This document shows positions 14,801-28,500 of a DNA stretch of 64,000 nucleotides, piece by piece (position 1 is the stretch's first letter; each line of letters starts with the position of its first letter). Under the pieces are notes generated by a model, which was not told the DNA's origin, did no database searches, and was given only the letters and a program-made list of their open reading frames with translations. Source of the stretch: Phoronis australis (taxonomy: Eukaryota; Animalia; Phoronida); NCBI GenBank assembly GCA_002633005.1, contig NMRA01000095.1, forward strand, positions 301,901 through 365,900. Direction: 5' to 3'. The translations under genes and the position numbers were made by a program.

Positions 14801-16149
14801 GGTTCAACAAGATATGTTTAAAATATTTGGAGAAACAATGCTGTATCTGTGCTAATGATTTTATTATATAAATGTTTATTATCATTGATAAACATGTACA
14901 AAAACACAAACAAGAAACGCCCAATCACATAAGCATTCACACCTCAGGAATGACCAGTCTCGTATTTAGTAAAAAACTGCTTCTTGGAGTTAAAATGAAA
15001 AAAAAATTCCCAAAAAGTTGCAACACACAAAGTCTTTATGAGCAATTGATTGTTTGGCATTGTTCTACTCAAGAGTATATGTAACAAACATTTTGGCTAG
15101 CAGTTGCAAAAGGTTTAAATGAAAATACAAGGTCCCATGAAGTTCAAAAGTAACATGTTTTTGAGGAAAACAGTTCAGTAGTTGCATGCGACAATTTTGA
15201 AGTAGATTTCCGAATTCCTTTCAAAATTCCTCTACATGGTGATATTCCCAGAAATTGTGTAAATGTGTGTTTGGAGCATTATTACAAAAAGAACATAAAC
15301 TAAAATGCCGTGCTTGTACTTTGACTAAAAACTGTTTGTTGAAATAATCTTGTTTAATATTCCAAATTGGAGCCATCTAATGTCGGGATCTTTTGTAATT
15401 TCATAAACATGCATATTTTTAACCAATGTAAACTCCGTCAGTATTTCCCATTTACACTCTGACTTAGAAGGTTTTATAGCGTCTACAACCGTTCACATCC
15501 TTCTGTAAGTAAGAAATTGCCAAAATACAAGGAGAATAGAATTTACTTTAAAATAGACTTTTTTGAAATATCTGTAGAACAGAAACAACATACACCGTCG
15601 GTTGTCACGTCGAGCCCGTTTACTAAACGGTCTATACTAACGAAATCGCCATCAGAGGTATACATGTGCACATCTCCGATAAATCTTGAGCTTTTTACAC
15701 ACCAAGACTCATAAAATCACTTTTGCCCCTGGTCCCCAAGTTACTATTGAGCCACAAAGGCTGATTCAATTTTTTTCTGTATTCTGAACTATTCTGCGCA
15801 TCTTTAAGAGGTATAAAAGTAAAGTAAGAAACTATCAAATCGTCAAGATTAGCTTTTAAATGTCAAAATATGTGAATTAATCGGTTAATGTAATGTTTTG
15901 CTTTTAAATATTTAATTTACGAAAAGAAAGAAAATAACAAGTGCTAACTAATAACTATATAACAGCGGAAAAGGTACAGAATTCATTCACCATTCATACA
16001 CCCACGCACCCTTAATCAACATGTTCCTTCCAAAAGTATCCTTATCCCAGTAAATATGAATCTAAGTATTTACAGAGGGCCCCTCAAAAGGTGAAATTCA
16101 GTCGAATTTAAAGCCAATGATCACCTTGCGTCTAACATTGATTAAATGA

Positions 16150-17600
16150 TACAAGGAATATTAAAACTTTTCAAATGTACATGTAGGCTTGCTGTGGTCC
16201 ATCGATGATAAAATATAAAGTACTGGAACAAACTTAGTGCAGTATTAAGCTCTTCGAAGTTATGTGCAAATCACCATTGTGTTAGTCTTTACTAAGTCTA
16301 TGGTTTATTTTTATATTACTTAACAAAACTTGAACTTTAGACCACAGCGCCTGTACAAGTAAACAATCACAAAACAAATGATCAAAAGTTTCAACAGCAT
16401 TACAGGACAAACGACAATCATTTCTTACAATCTTCATATTTTTCAAGAGATACTTCGTGCAAATTTCTATATGCACATAATAATATTTGATAGTTTTGAC
16501 TTTGGTAAGGAGTACAAGTCTGAATGGCAAAGCGTAAATCTTTCCAATGTGTGGTTCTGAATAAATATCACTTAATTTGAGTTCTACATCAGGTTGAAAA
16601 ATTGTTTATACAAAAAATAATTTTTAGTTGAATGTGATTGGTAGTGTTCATTCTATTAGGTAACTTAAGTGTCTTCATCAAAGCATAGTGTTGTAACCAA
16701 CTAGATAATTTGTATCTTTACTTCCCACATGCATCGCCTAAAAATCTCTCACACAGACGACTGCCCCTGTGGCATTGACCCCCCGTCACCTGAGCATTTA
16801 CTGCAGAGCTGTCCTACGTTCGATTCCCTACAGTGCCAGACATGGCCCAGTCCGGAGGAACTCAAGGTAAAACTGTGGGGCAAACTGCACACTTCGCCCA
16901 AAAGACCGGACTGACTATCTAAGCTACATGGCCGGGAACGCTGAAGAAGAAGAGGAAGGAGTATCTTTGTTTCAAGACTTCCCAAGAAAAAAACTTTTTT
17001 TTTAACATGTAATATAATATCTTTTTCATAAACTATGCCAGCCTTGTTGAATCATATGAAAAATACAGATTTGCCATCAATCAAAACATTTCTATTGTTC
17101 CATATTACCTGACTAATAACATCAATTTCGCTGTTTAAGACAACGCTAAACATTTTCCCAATCATACATTCAACAAGTCACAATAAATGTTGGTGTTATC
17201 ATCCAAGGGCAACGACTTGGCCGAAAATTTTGATTTAAAAGCAAGGAAATTTGGAAATTCTTTCCAGTATATTTTCTCTCCTTCTACACAACGGTGAACC
17301 CATTTCACTAACAATGAGTTGTCGTAACATGTATATCTGGTACTGCCAAGCCAACATTTGCACGGGTATTTACTACCACTCCTCTTCTCACACTAGGAGT
17401 CTTGTTTTGTCAAACAAAATGGGATATCAAAGTATTGTACCTTTCTCTACGAACAGTTATCGGTATCAATACCCAAATCATTGATGACATAAATAATTTT
17501 AGATAAGGCAAAAGATTTTTACAACATCTATTCTGATGTGTAGGCTTTTAATTGATCGTTTTTCTTTTTATTGTGGCCAAAAATGTCCCTAAACACTTGA
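16150..17600 (-). mobile_element. L1/Tx1-clade LINE ORF2 3' fragment
   Basis: KCLGTF.GHNKK, KSFALSKIIYVIN, IWNNRNVLIDGKSVFF and zf-RVT-like SCNAVETFDHLFCDC..VQALW motifs. Confidence 0.8.
16720..16960 (+). mobile_element. 5'-truncated LINE 3' end (CCHC knuckle, GAA-rich tail) nested in the Tx1 fragment
   Basis: CPCG..PEHLLQSCPTF..WP..L..KLWG; tail gaagaagaagaggaagga; 8-bp TSD GTATCTTT at 16712-16719 and 16961-16968. Confidence 0.85.
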
Positions 17601-20600
17601 TTGATCTGCTATTACATTAACCCCGTGAGATTTCATTGTCAAACGACAACTGCACTCGAGCGTCTGTCACTATGGTTTGCCTCTCTTCACCCTGGATCAT
17701 AGCTCTTAGCACAAACTGAGCCACGACTCCACATTCCTTACAATATCTCTTTTTATCACTCTTGCTGGTGGTCTGCTCTCTCAGCTTGTCCGGAACCTGC
17801 TTTGCCAGTTTGTTATAGCCCAGTTGGCTGTTTGGGGTACCCACTTGGTACTTTATATGATATTTGCCCTTTTGGCAGTTTGTATCCATTTGGTACTTGT
17901 TTATGAATTTGCCGTTTTGCTCCATCAACTTGGTAGGCAATCGGTCAATACCCATTTGGTATTATGAACCCATTTGGTAGTTTACTAACGTGTGCCACAT
18001 AGCATCTGATTCGCAATTACACAATGGCCATCGCAAATGTGTGTGTTATCTCTTGTCATAAAGTACCCACCTTGTACCTTCTGTGAAATAATTACAGTAT
18101 CTGTAGAGCTGTGATCCAGAAGTTTCCAATAGTAAGATCTTGTTGTTTTATTTGTCCGCAATACTCAAACTCCAAACCTCAAATGCTTTATTTTCTATAT
18201 GTTCTGATTGATAGAGTGATTGTTGTTTAGTCTTGGCCAACTTTTTGTCTAGTCATGACTTTTCCTAAAAATTAAGTGCTTGAAAGCGGCAAGTTGAGAT
18301 TTAGAAATGTTTATTGTTTTTGCAGGTACAATCATACATGTAAGTGTATCAAAAATCTAGCGAGTGCCTTATTAAGAACATGATTCTAAGCTCCCTGTGT
18401 TGGCTGATGCAGACATTTTTCAGTAGTCCTGAGATTAAAACCATGATCATAATGACATATGTAAAGAGCTTAGACTCAAAAACAAAACAAGCATTAAAGT
18501 AGGGATAGCAAAATTAATGATTATAGTGAGAAATTATCATAATTAAATCATAAGTCGATTTGTGCTGAAACAAAATTCAAGGAGGTCACTGTGTTATTTT
18601 ATTTACACCCAGTTACTGTTGTGATGATACTGAAGCATGCAAAAAAGGTATTACAACATGATTAAACACATAAACATTTAAAAAAACACAAACAATTTAG
18701 ACACACGGGTCGGAAAGTGCCAAATATGGCTAATTTTTTAGAGAATGTTGATGTTAGAACAGTTTTGCAGGCCCAAGGACATTCAAAATTTAATGTCAAA
18801 AGTGTTCAGATGATCTCGCGGTAAGATACTTGCTTTATGTTGTTTCTCCTCGGTCGATTTCCCAAAGGCACGCTTGGCGTTAGCTAGTATAGAATTTGTA
18901 CATGCATGCAGGGTTGGAGCCTAAACCCAACTATATCACATGTATAGCTAGTGCCAGTAACCACGTGATTCGCTTGAAGTGGATGGCGATACATGTATCT
19001 CGCGAAGATTTGTCTCTGTCTTTTCAAGAGTTTGTCATTGCATTTACACGACGCGGCAATATCTGGTTTCCAAGTTGTCACTGCTTGTGGGACCCGTTTT
19101 TGTAACCAAAAACTGGAGGTATCTACCATGCACGCACCCAGCCTTGAATATGGGGGCTCGAATTCCTGTCGTCGTGGACCTTTCGACCTGAATAAACCTT
19201 CGAAGTCGTGACATAGCACGTCATGGCCGCTGTATCCAGAGTCTTGTTGTAGAAACATAGGACTGAGGAATGACTACAAGATACCAACATCTTAAACCGA
19301 AATAAATACAGTGAAAAGAAGGGAAACTTTACGATAATCCAGCGTACGTGTAAATGGTTTTATTTAACATTGTTCTTTAAGATGAATATTTTAAGGGTAT
19401 CACTCAGACAACTTAACATCTGGTACGACAAATACACAAATGACAAACTAGGAACAAATCAAATTAATAAGCGTTCCCATCGAATCAAACGGGGAGTTTA
19501 TCAGTTCACTCTACATGTATATCCAGCTGCATGCCTCTAGATGTGGGACAGTGTCAATGTTATCAAGCAGTCAGGTGAACTACTTTAACTGCAGATCAAC
19601 ACCTCATTTCATAAATTGTATTTCGTAGAAGGCAAGCCATTTTGACCATGACGTAAACTAGATCTGACCTTTTGACAAGTTTTAACTTAAAAGTCTCATG
19701 ACAAGATTGCTATGGAGATACTGTGTATGCCATAAATTAATTCAAAACTATGCTTTATATTTTTAGTATAGTTACTCAGTGCAAATTATGTTCTGGGACC
19801 AGAACGTGGATATTCGCCTCCCACCAAACTGGTAATCAATAGGTAAAAACAGAATGATATGTGCAACCCTAAAACGTTCAGATTGTAAAAAAAAACATTT
19901 TGGTCAAAAGTGATTATCACAATGAATTTTTGATATAACGAACTTCTGTCGGATGAAACATTAAAACAAAATACACAAAGTATTAATTAGAATACAGTAA
20001 TTCTAACACTTGACACAGGATCACGGCTATCGTCTGATCAAATTTTGTTTAAATAAATGTACATGCACGTGTAAAAACATTTTTGCGAAAATAAAGCAAA
20101 ATGGACATTGAATAATATAAATATTGGCTATATCACAAAAGAGAAATACACTTTTGAAAAAGACGTCTTTGTCCAAAATGTAAAACATACATTCTTGATC
20201 TAAAAGTATACACCTTCTGTTGGTTGTTTCATTAGTTCATTTCTAGTATTGTGCAAATGGTTGGGTATGGTTGGGTGATTACCTTCATCGGCCCTGTAGA
20301 ACATCGATGAACGTGTCGGTTTTACCACTAGTAACGGGAATATTGTCGATAAGTCCTATGTGACTTTGATAACTGCATTTTCAAGCAGTGCAAATGATAG
20401 TTATACAAGACATTATTGACAAGTCCGGCCTGTCCACTCAGCAAAAAAATCTACAAAACTATAACATTATTTAAGCAAGTTAAAAAATCAACATGTCAAA
20501 GTTATAATGTCTGCCGAGTTTGATCTCTTTATACCTGTCTGCCATAGACTGGGTCCAGTGACCATGCTTTTTATCAAAATTTAGCAAACAAACCATACAA

Positions 20601-21156
20601 AGTATATGCATAGCAAAGCACCGGCACGAAATCTCCCCCAGTGTTCCCGGTGAAATCTCAAAAATTTCGTTACTGTTTGATATCTTATTATCGTTTAGTT
20701 TTCGTTGATGTAACTTTCTGTAAAATCACCAAAACCCTCCAGTACAATTGGACCCTTTTAGAAACAACTACGATCAGAAAATATAACATGCAGTGCCCCA
20801 ACGTTGGTTAGTGAGATAGCATTTTTCAAAGTATATTAAATTTGGGCACTTTCATTAATATTTTTCATGGCTGTAGGCTATAACAAATTTGGTGGCCTTG
20901 GAGCTTCCCCCCACAATCGGTCCAAATGTCAATCCCTTCAGCGATCGTCACAGTCCGTAAGCAGTCTAAATTTGGCTTCCACCCGCACCAAAAAGTTCGA
21001 TCACAACATCACCACGTCAGTCGTCAGATTTCTTTGACCAAGACGTACAAGGAGAATCCTGTGACCTCGAGATGGTCAGGCCCCTGATTTATGCAGCACC
21101 TATGCTGTAGCTTAGTTCACTCAAGGGGAAATCTTGGGCCAAGTTTGAGTTGAAAC

Positions 21157-21468
21157 CAGTGGCGGATCTAGAATACCAACATGATGACGTCTCGGGGAAT
21201 TGGGCAAAGCGTGATTGTGTTTGCAGCAAAGACCCGAAAGTTGCGGGTACCGGTCTTTTGACCCTTCTGTTCGGAAAACCTGCTGTTGGACTAAAACAAA
21301 TAACAAAGGGAACGCCGCGGTCCGGGCTCTAACCCCCCGCCCTTCTCAGCTACCGGACCTGGTTACTCAGTATTTGCTCACGCTTTGCGCTGTTGCTGTT
21401 CCACTTTGCTTGCGGCAGCCAGGGGAGGGGGGCAGGGCCCGGGCCCCCACCCTTAAGTCCGCCTATTG
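21157..21468. mobile_element. MITE-like element with CAGTGGCGGAT-type ends
   Basis: cagtggcggatcta ... taagtccgcctattg imperfect TIR with a G/C-run subterminal hairpin. Confidence 0.55.
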
Positions 21469-22577
21469 AAACACATAGTGGTTGCATTGTGCATACCCTT
21501 ACATCAAAACACAAACCAGAAAGTCGTATAAATTTAAGTCAGCTATTCGAAGGAAAGGGTAAATAAATTTCAGTTGTATTTCCGACTGAAATCACCAAAT
21601 TACATGGGCCGCCGTTGACAGTATAGTTTCACTGGTGCCTCCTTAGGAATGTAAGCGGAGCCTAGAAAGTTTTCTGAACTATACATGTAGTTGCTCATCA
21701 TGAGAATAGAAAGCTTACCTATGAAGGGCCCCTCAGCTAACTGAGATGCCCAGTTCAGATGCTGGCCTCAACGCTAGCAGCAAAACGCCAAGAATGTGAG
21801 GGTAACTTTTGCTAGCGCAAAGCTAAAGTTTGAGCTACCCTATACTACTGGCGTTTCTCATGCACTTCTGTAGCCAGACCGTCTGCTTCAAAGGACCAAC
21901 ATGCGTAGGGATGAGACTGGTTTGTTGTATCGTCGCATCAATCCTTTTATGGCAGAGTACATTGTAAGTACTGGTTTTGACATCAGTTTTCGCCACTCAA
22001 TCGGTTTGGGACCAGACTAACCCATCGCGGACAGCTCCTCTACTTGGCCAAAATGGTAGCTTTTTGGCTATTGTTAATTCTCGCGGATTTTTTTGTCGCC
22101 ACCCATGTGAACTTAGCATTGGTCGTGTGGACTCCATGCCTTGATTCTTTTAATGTCTTCCAGCCAGCAAGATATCAATGGATTGCCGAGTCGTTTGAAA
22201 CATGATTTGGCGGATAAATATTGCACTTGAAATTGGCTGACTACCCCGATTTCCCCGGGGTCAATCGGATAAGACACTTGATTGGTTTTCAAGGAGGTCT
22301 TTCGGCGTACAGACCAATCAGGTGTCTGAACCAGTGGGCCTAGCGGAGCCGGCTATGTGAACCAAGTTCAGAAAACTCAGGATTAGGCAACGCGCCGGAT
22401 GTTAGAAGTGGGCTAGAGAATTGTTTACGGATTTTGATAGCAACAGCACTTGTACGTTTTCTTGTTTATGATATTTCTTTGAAGTCACACCAAATGCCTT
22501 ATCCTTTCACAGTGGGTTAGCAACCAAAATCGTGACAGTCGTCAACTCATTACCGCGTTCTCCCGTTGCTCCCAACT

Positions 22578-22836
22578 CATGCGCGCACTCAGCCTTTTAT
22601 ATGGGAGGGCTCGAATTTCTGGCGATGTGGACCTTTTGGTTACAAAAAAGCAGCAGCAATAAAAAAACAAAAAACGGGGTACCGCCGTCACGGTTAGGAC
22701 TGTGACCTGCGTCTTGTTAGTGGGCTTTTGTTTCGTTTTCTTGGATCTTTTGTTTCTCTGGGGCGGACTCTTTTTTCCACTTCGCCAAATGGGGGGGGGG
22801 CTCGTTCGAGCCCCCGACCCCCTGGGTGCGCGCATG
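22578..22836. mobile_element. MITE family M1, copy 2 (best preserved)
   Basis: TIR CATGCGCGCACTCAG / CTGGGTGCGCGCATG (14/15); 5-bp TSD CAACT on both sides. Confidence 0.85.
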
Positions 22837-25554
22837 CAACTTAATCGATTCTATAGCCCAACAACAAGTTGAGAAGTTTACCCGTGTAGCCAATATCTTA
22901 CACGACTGATTAACTCCATTCTGGCATTCATGGTTGGAGCGCCAGCTCTCTTTTGTTCGACAATTGCTCTAATCTTCAATAACATCGTATCTAGCCTCAC
23001 TGGGATGTGCTGTTAAAAATGAAATTAACTTAAGTTAAAACATATTTGAACAAGAACCAATAGGATTTCTGAAATCGTCGTGAAATTGTGGTCATTAGAT
23101 TTTGAATCGCCAAAATCGCCCAACTGCAACCGAGATTACGATAATCTAGGCCTATTCTTTCGAAATATACAGTGTGGGTTTGACGGTGTTCACACGTGGT
23201 CTGTAATAAGCCTAGAATATAATTGGCCTGCCTGTTGTCATAACAGACAAAACACTGTCATGGCAATGAAGCTACATTTACAGTAGATGTCACTGAACAG
23301 GAAAACGCCGTCATATGATAGGAATAATGACAGTTTTGTTAGGAGGTATTGACTTGAAGTTAACTTGGGCGGTGCATCACTGAAAAAAATTGGGGGGCTA
23401 TATATTCCTCAGCCCTCCTGTGGTGCACCGCCCACAGACCATGGGTAGTTTGGCACTGAAAAAAGTGAGGCTATAGCCCCCCATCCGCCTATGGTACTGT
23501 GTACGCTGGCCATGTTTATGAAATCCATGAAATGATACTTTGGTAGAACGGAAAGGAAATTACACCATCGAAAAACCTCAACTGTTCGTCGCATAAATGG
23601 CTCATAACCTTGCCCTCTTAATTCTGAAGCTTCGTGGGACTAAGAGATTATTTGCACGCAAGGAGGGAAGGGCATTGCCCCCTTGCCCCCCCCCCCTAAA
23701 TCCGCCACAGATTCTTTCAGCTGTCAGTGGAGTTTGCTACCGTTGTAATCTCGCCGCAACTATAATTAATGTAAGGAGGAATGTCTAGGACAGAACTGTT
23801 AGTGTTGCTTTGAGACGATATCTTTAAATATTATGTGCTACTGACGACTATGACTATTTTCAATTTCATTTTATAAACATGTCGTGCGAGTTTTAGGAGA
23901 GATGAAATGCGTTCAGAATGAATGACAAGGGTAGTGACTTTACATCGATGTCATCGTAACGGAGAAACTGGTGAAATATCGACAGTCAACAAAACGATCT
24001 AAGAAATCATTTGCCTATAATGCTTAGTCGAGTTTGCATTCGGGAAAACAAATCGTCATGTGCACCATCGTCCACGGTGTCACTCTATTGAAACTACAGC
24101 ATTTTATGAAATAGTGTAATAAATCTCGACTGGCAATGCGTTGTTGACTACTGATATCGTTGAGATTGCCTGCCAGGGCTTACATCGGGGTATAATTCTG
24201 GCAGCGACTGAGTCTTCCATGAACTCGGCAAAAGGCTTGATCTATGAGTCTGCTTACGTCAAAAATTATTCCCTTGGACTAAAGGTATTGAGTGGCACAC
24301 CCGCCAAGTGTTTGATTACATTCTATTATATTGAATTTGAACAAACCTCGACACAAAAACACCATTGTTCACCTTTAAAGCACGCTTATTGTGAATGGAA
24401 CAAGAACAAATGCCTGCTTTGAAACAACAAAAAACATAAGATATAATGACATCAACACGAATAGGTGCCCTGGCATCCCCGGCTTAATTAACCCGATCGT
24501 CTTTTTAGTATTTTGTCAAAGGGGTCATTTTCTACATGTAAATGCCCAGAACCCAGTCGTAATTCATGGGCAGTACAAACAAAAATCTTCCCGCAAGACT
24601 AACTTGCACAATGTCTTTCCCCTTAAAGGTCGTGAGGTCCGCATAGATGGTGATTAATAATGTTAACTGGACACAACTACTATGAAATTGCATTTCAAAA
24701 ATGCGGCGTTATTCGCAGGGACACTCTTTCTGAAGGCTGCAGGTACCCTTTTCATCAGAATTAAGAGCTTGCCATTTAAATGTAACATCTCCGTATCGAA
24801 AGCTGTACTTTTGAAATGTCAAAAGTAAACAAAAATGCAAGGAGAATTCAAATGAGACTAAAAGACAGAGTACTCTCCCACACTCAGCAAACCATCCCTG
24901 GTGCATTGAAATATAGAACGAATCCAAGCCCCTTCCTGTTGGTCATGGTTCTAGATGAGAGAGCCACCAGGAGATATTTTATTACATAACTATATACATA
25001 TACAACACCCTATTCTATTTATTGTTACGAATATATAAAACACATTGTCAGGCTAGTTCCAAAAAAGGCGATGAAGTTTCCACGAAAAACTGAAGTAACG
25101 GCCTCAAGTTCTGTTCCTGTTAATTGTTCAATTCACTTCAAACCTACAAGTAGGAGTCCACAGGAAAACGCATGAAAACCTCCACAGTGTGCTGTCGCAC
25201 GTATCAGCGTACAAAACATGAAAAGAACCACCTTGCGTTGGCATATTTCAAGGTACAAAACATGAATGGTTACAATGATGACGGACCACATTTATCAGTC
25301 TTGCCCAAATTAAATTCAACAATCCTGAACTCGTCGTTGATTTCAGAAGAGACTGATGTGGCTTATACAAGAAGTCTTCTGTAAATTTGTATTGTAAACC
25401 ATTGTTAACTACAATTAGTTTTCATACGAATATCTCCTACAACATGGAATTTTGTTGCAGGTTCTCGCTATTGAACTGCTGCACGCTTGAGCCGTTTCCT
25501 GCAATTGAACATTATTTACCGTATATAGACCAGGAAAATCCTGAAAGAAACATT

Positions 25555-28500
25555 TGAGTCCCTCAGTCTCTCGAGTCTTCTTGAGTCTTTGAGTCAAGTC
25601 GGACTCAAGCAGTCTTCCGTCACGTGACAGATTTAGCGGCTGTCACTAGCAGAACAATACATGTACATGTAAATATCGTATGAGGTAGGTCGTCGGAAAC
25701 ACACGTGAGACGGACAGAGAGGGCAAGTAACAACTCTTTAGATCATTTCACGTACAGGTAAGTGATTTTGATGTAAGGGTGGTCTTTACGAAAAAGTTAA
25801 ACCAAATGTTGGTTTGTGGATTGCGAATAAGTGGAAAATGTTCAAATATGGGTCACCTCATCTGCAATTGGTTGAAATTACATTTTATTTCAATGGATTG
25901 AGCTACACTGAGCGCGTAATATAAAATGTGCTCTTTAGATTAGCATAAACAAAAAATACATGGCAGATGAGTGACGTAGAAGTTTAAACTCAAAATGCAC
26001 ACTATCATTCAAGATCGGTATGTAATTTATTAGCTGTTATTGGCAAACACTTTGGCTCCAAAAAGAGAAGGATTTCAAATTAATTCAACTTTTAACGTAC
26101 TCAGCGATGATGCATAACAGTGGTTTTTATCCGAATTTGGTGGTGGGTAAAATGCCGTTATATCCTTTGTTGACGAATCTAGCAAGACCAGTATGCACAA
26201 ACGAGTCATAAGTTTACTCAACGACTGTTTGAGTCTTCAGTGGACTCCATATTCCAAGCCGTCATCTGAGCTTGAGTCTAAGGTAGGCTCAGTGCTAATC
26301 TTTGGAAACATCTCGTGTCTAATCCGTGGCCAAACCAATCATTATTACCTCTGGGGAAGCAGCCGTGAGTTCAACAAGCGATGTAAACACCGACAGTGTA
26401 ACGAGAGTCACAAAGAGATATAACGCCTCTTGGCGCTTTCTGGGTTATGTATAATTGTTGTATTGCGGATTTTGTTATAAATATTAAGAAAAAGAGTCAC
26501 AGAGGGTCATGTAAAGTAATCACGTGCACTAGTCTTTCTGGTGAGTTTAATCAGCTCTAGTATTTTACAGTAAAGATGAGATCTAGATTAATTTCAGCAG
26601 ATCAAGGGTAAATTGGATTAATGCGCAACATTAAAATTGCGAATAAACTGCTACTTAGACAAAGATCGTGTGTGGGCATGTGGCAGTGGCTTTTAATCGG
26701 AGGTTAACGAAATTACAAACGTTGAATTAAATATCCTTTGCAGTGGTCGCGTGTTCCTCCGGGTAATCTGGTTGTGATAGACCTGGTTGTTTCGTTTACA
26801 CGGAATAATATTCATGAGTAAAAATATTAGAGTGGCACACGTCATGAGATACGTTATGAGCATAACACTTGTTGATACAGATATATGTGTGACCTGTAAG
26901 ATTTTGAAAATTCGGCCTATTCGCAGTTCAACAAGAATTTTAAAACAATTTTTGATCAATTGCCAATGACTTTCCAACAAGTATAGAATGCCAGCGACAA
27001 GTTCGTCATTATGTTCTGAACATCGATATAATAGATCGACGACGTTCGCCATTATACAAAAACAAAGTAGACTATCCCTCACCGTTGAGGCAATTGTAAT
27101 GCACATGTAACTGTGATCAAGACAAGGGAGACTCGTTGGGAGGCTACAAAATCTTCAGTAACAATGTCAACGTCGGGAGTTGGAATAATAATAAGAATTA
27201 CTGAAGAAGGTTGCTGATATTTTGAATGGTTAACTATTCTGATCTTTAAATATCAAGTTATTCAATTCCACTATGTCAACTGGGAAACTAGTTTTAAAAA
27301 TGAATGATCGAGAAACGTCACATGACTGTACTGTCGGAATCAGTTCGTATTAGAAAGGTTTTGACAATGGACACACTAGGCTAGTACTTGAAAACCTGCT
27401 TACCATTACGACCCCCAAGAGTCGCTCGCTCTGGCCGGTAACCTTACACACTGCTCCCAAGATGAATCAACTTGGACCCAAGGAGAGTATAGCAAGGCGC
27501 AGAGTAAGTCTAACTGGCCCGGAGTGGGTCTAATTGGCACAAAGTGAGCCTTTTGAAACATAATCTAGTAAAGCGACTGATAACATATAATGCGGAACAC
27601 GGAACCATAAAATATACTGCATAAAAGGTCTACAGACTTTCGAGACAGTGGTGCAATATGCCACATAACAAAAATAATAAGTGATATTCGTCTCAGGCAA
27701 AGACAAGACTTATATCTTTGCGCGATTTGACTTCCACATGTGAAGCGTGAACGAATAACTCAGCTTTGAACATACTGAACAGTGGCGCACCAGAGTAGTT
27801 GTTGATGGGTGAAAATAGTTTTTAAACAAAGGAAGATTACACATTTCACGTGAACGAATTTAGCAAGACCAGTGTACAATAGACTAAGTATAAAGAGTCG
27901 TAAGTTGACTCGACTACTGCTTGAGTCTTCATTGGACTCTATAGGTACATCCCTAGTAACCTTCTGATCTGGAGTCCAATGTACTAGGCTCACTGTGAAT
28001 CTGTTGAATCTTCACGTCACTAGTGGCTGAACCAATCACGATGCAGTATTCCAATGGAGGGTAAACACACGCGAGTCGCACAGGGTCTGTGAAAGGACTG
28101 TGCGCACTCGTCATTTGCCAGTGGTAAGTTTTTATCTGGTCTGGCATTTTTACATTTAAAACAAGAACTATTTTAGTGTTAGCAGAGTAAGCGTAAATTA
28201 GATCATTGCGCAGCAGTAAAATTGCGAAAAAAACTGCTACTTAAGAATTCCAGGACCTAAGCTTATAGATACCAGTTTTTAATCCAAGATGATATAATGT
28301 GTTAAAATAGTATGACAACACAATTTAACGAAATCACAAATTTGACTAAATTATTCCGTTGTAGTGGCTAGGTCAATCTCCTTGTTATTAGCTTGTAACA
28401 GAGCTGGTGGAGAATGCGTAGAATAGCAAATACTCGTAGATTAGCAAACACGACTTTTTAAACAGTTAGACTTTTGATAGATAGCCACTGTAATGCTATC

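Noticed and set aside
18884-19258. 124-aa minus ORF and overlapping plus ORFs
   Set aside because: No motif or convincing splice sites
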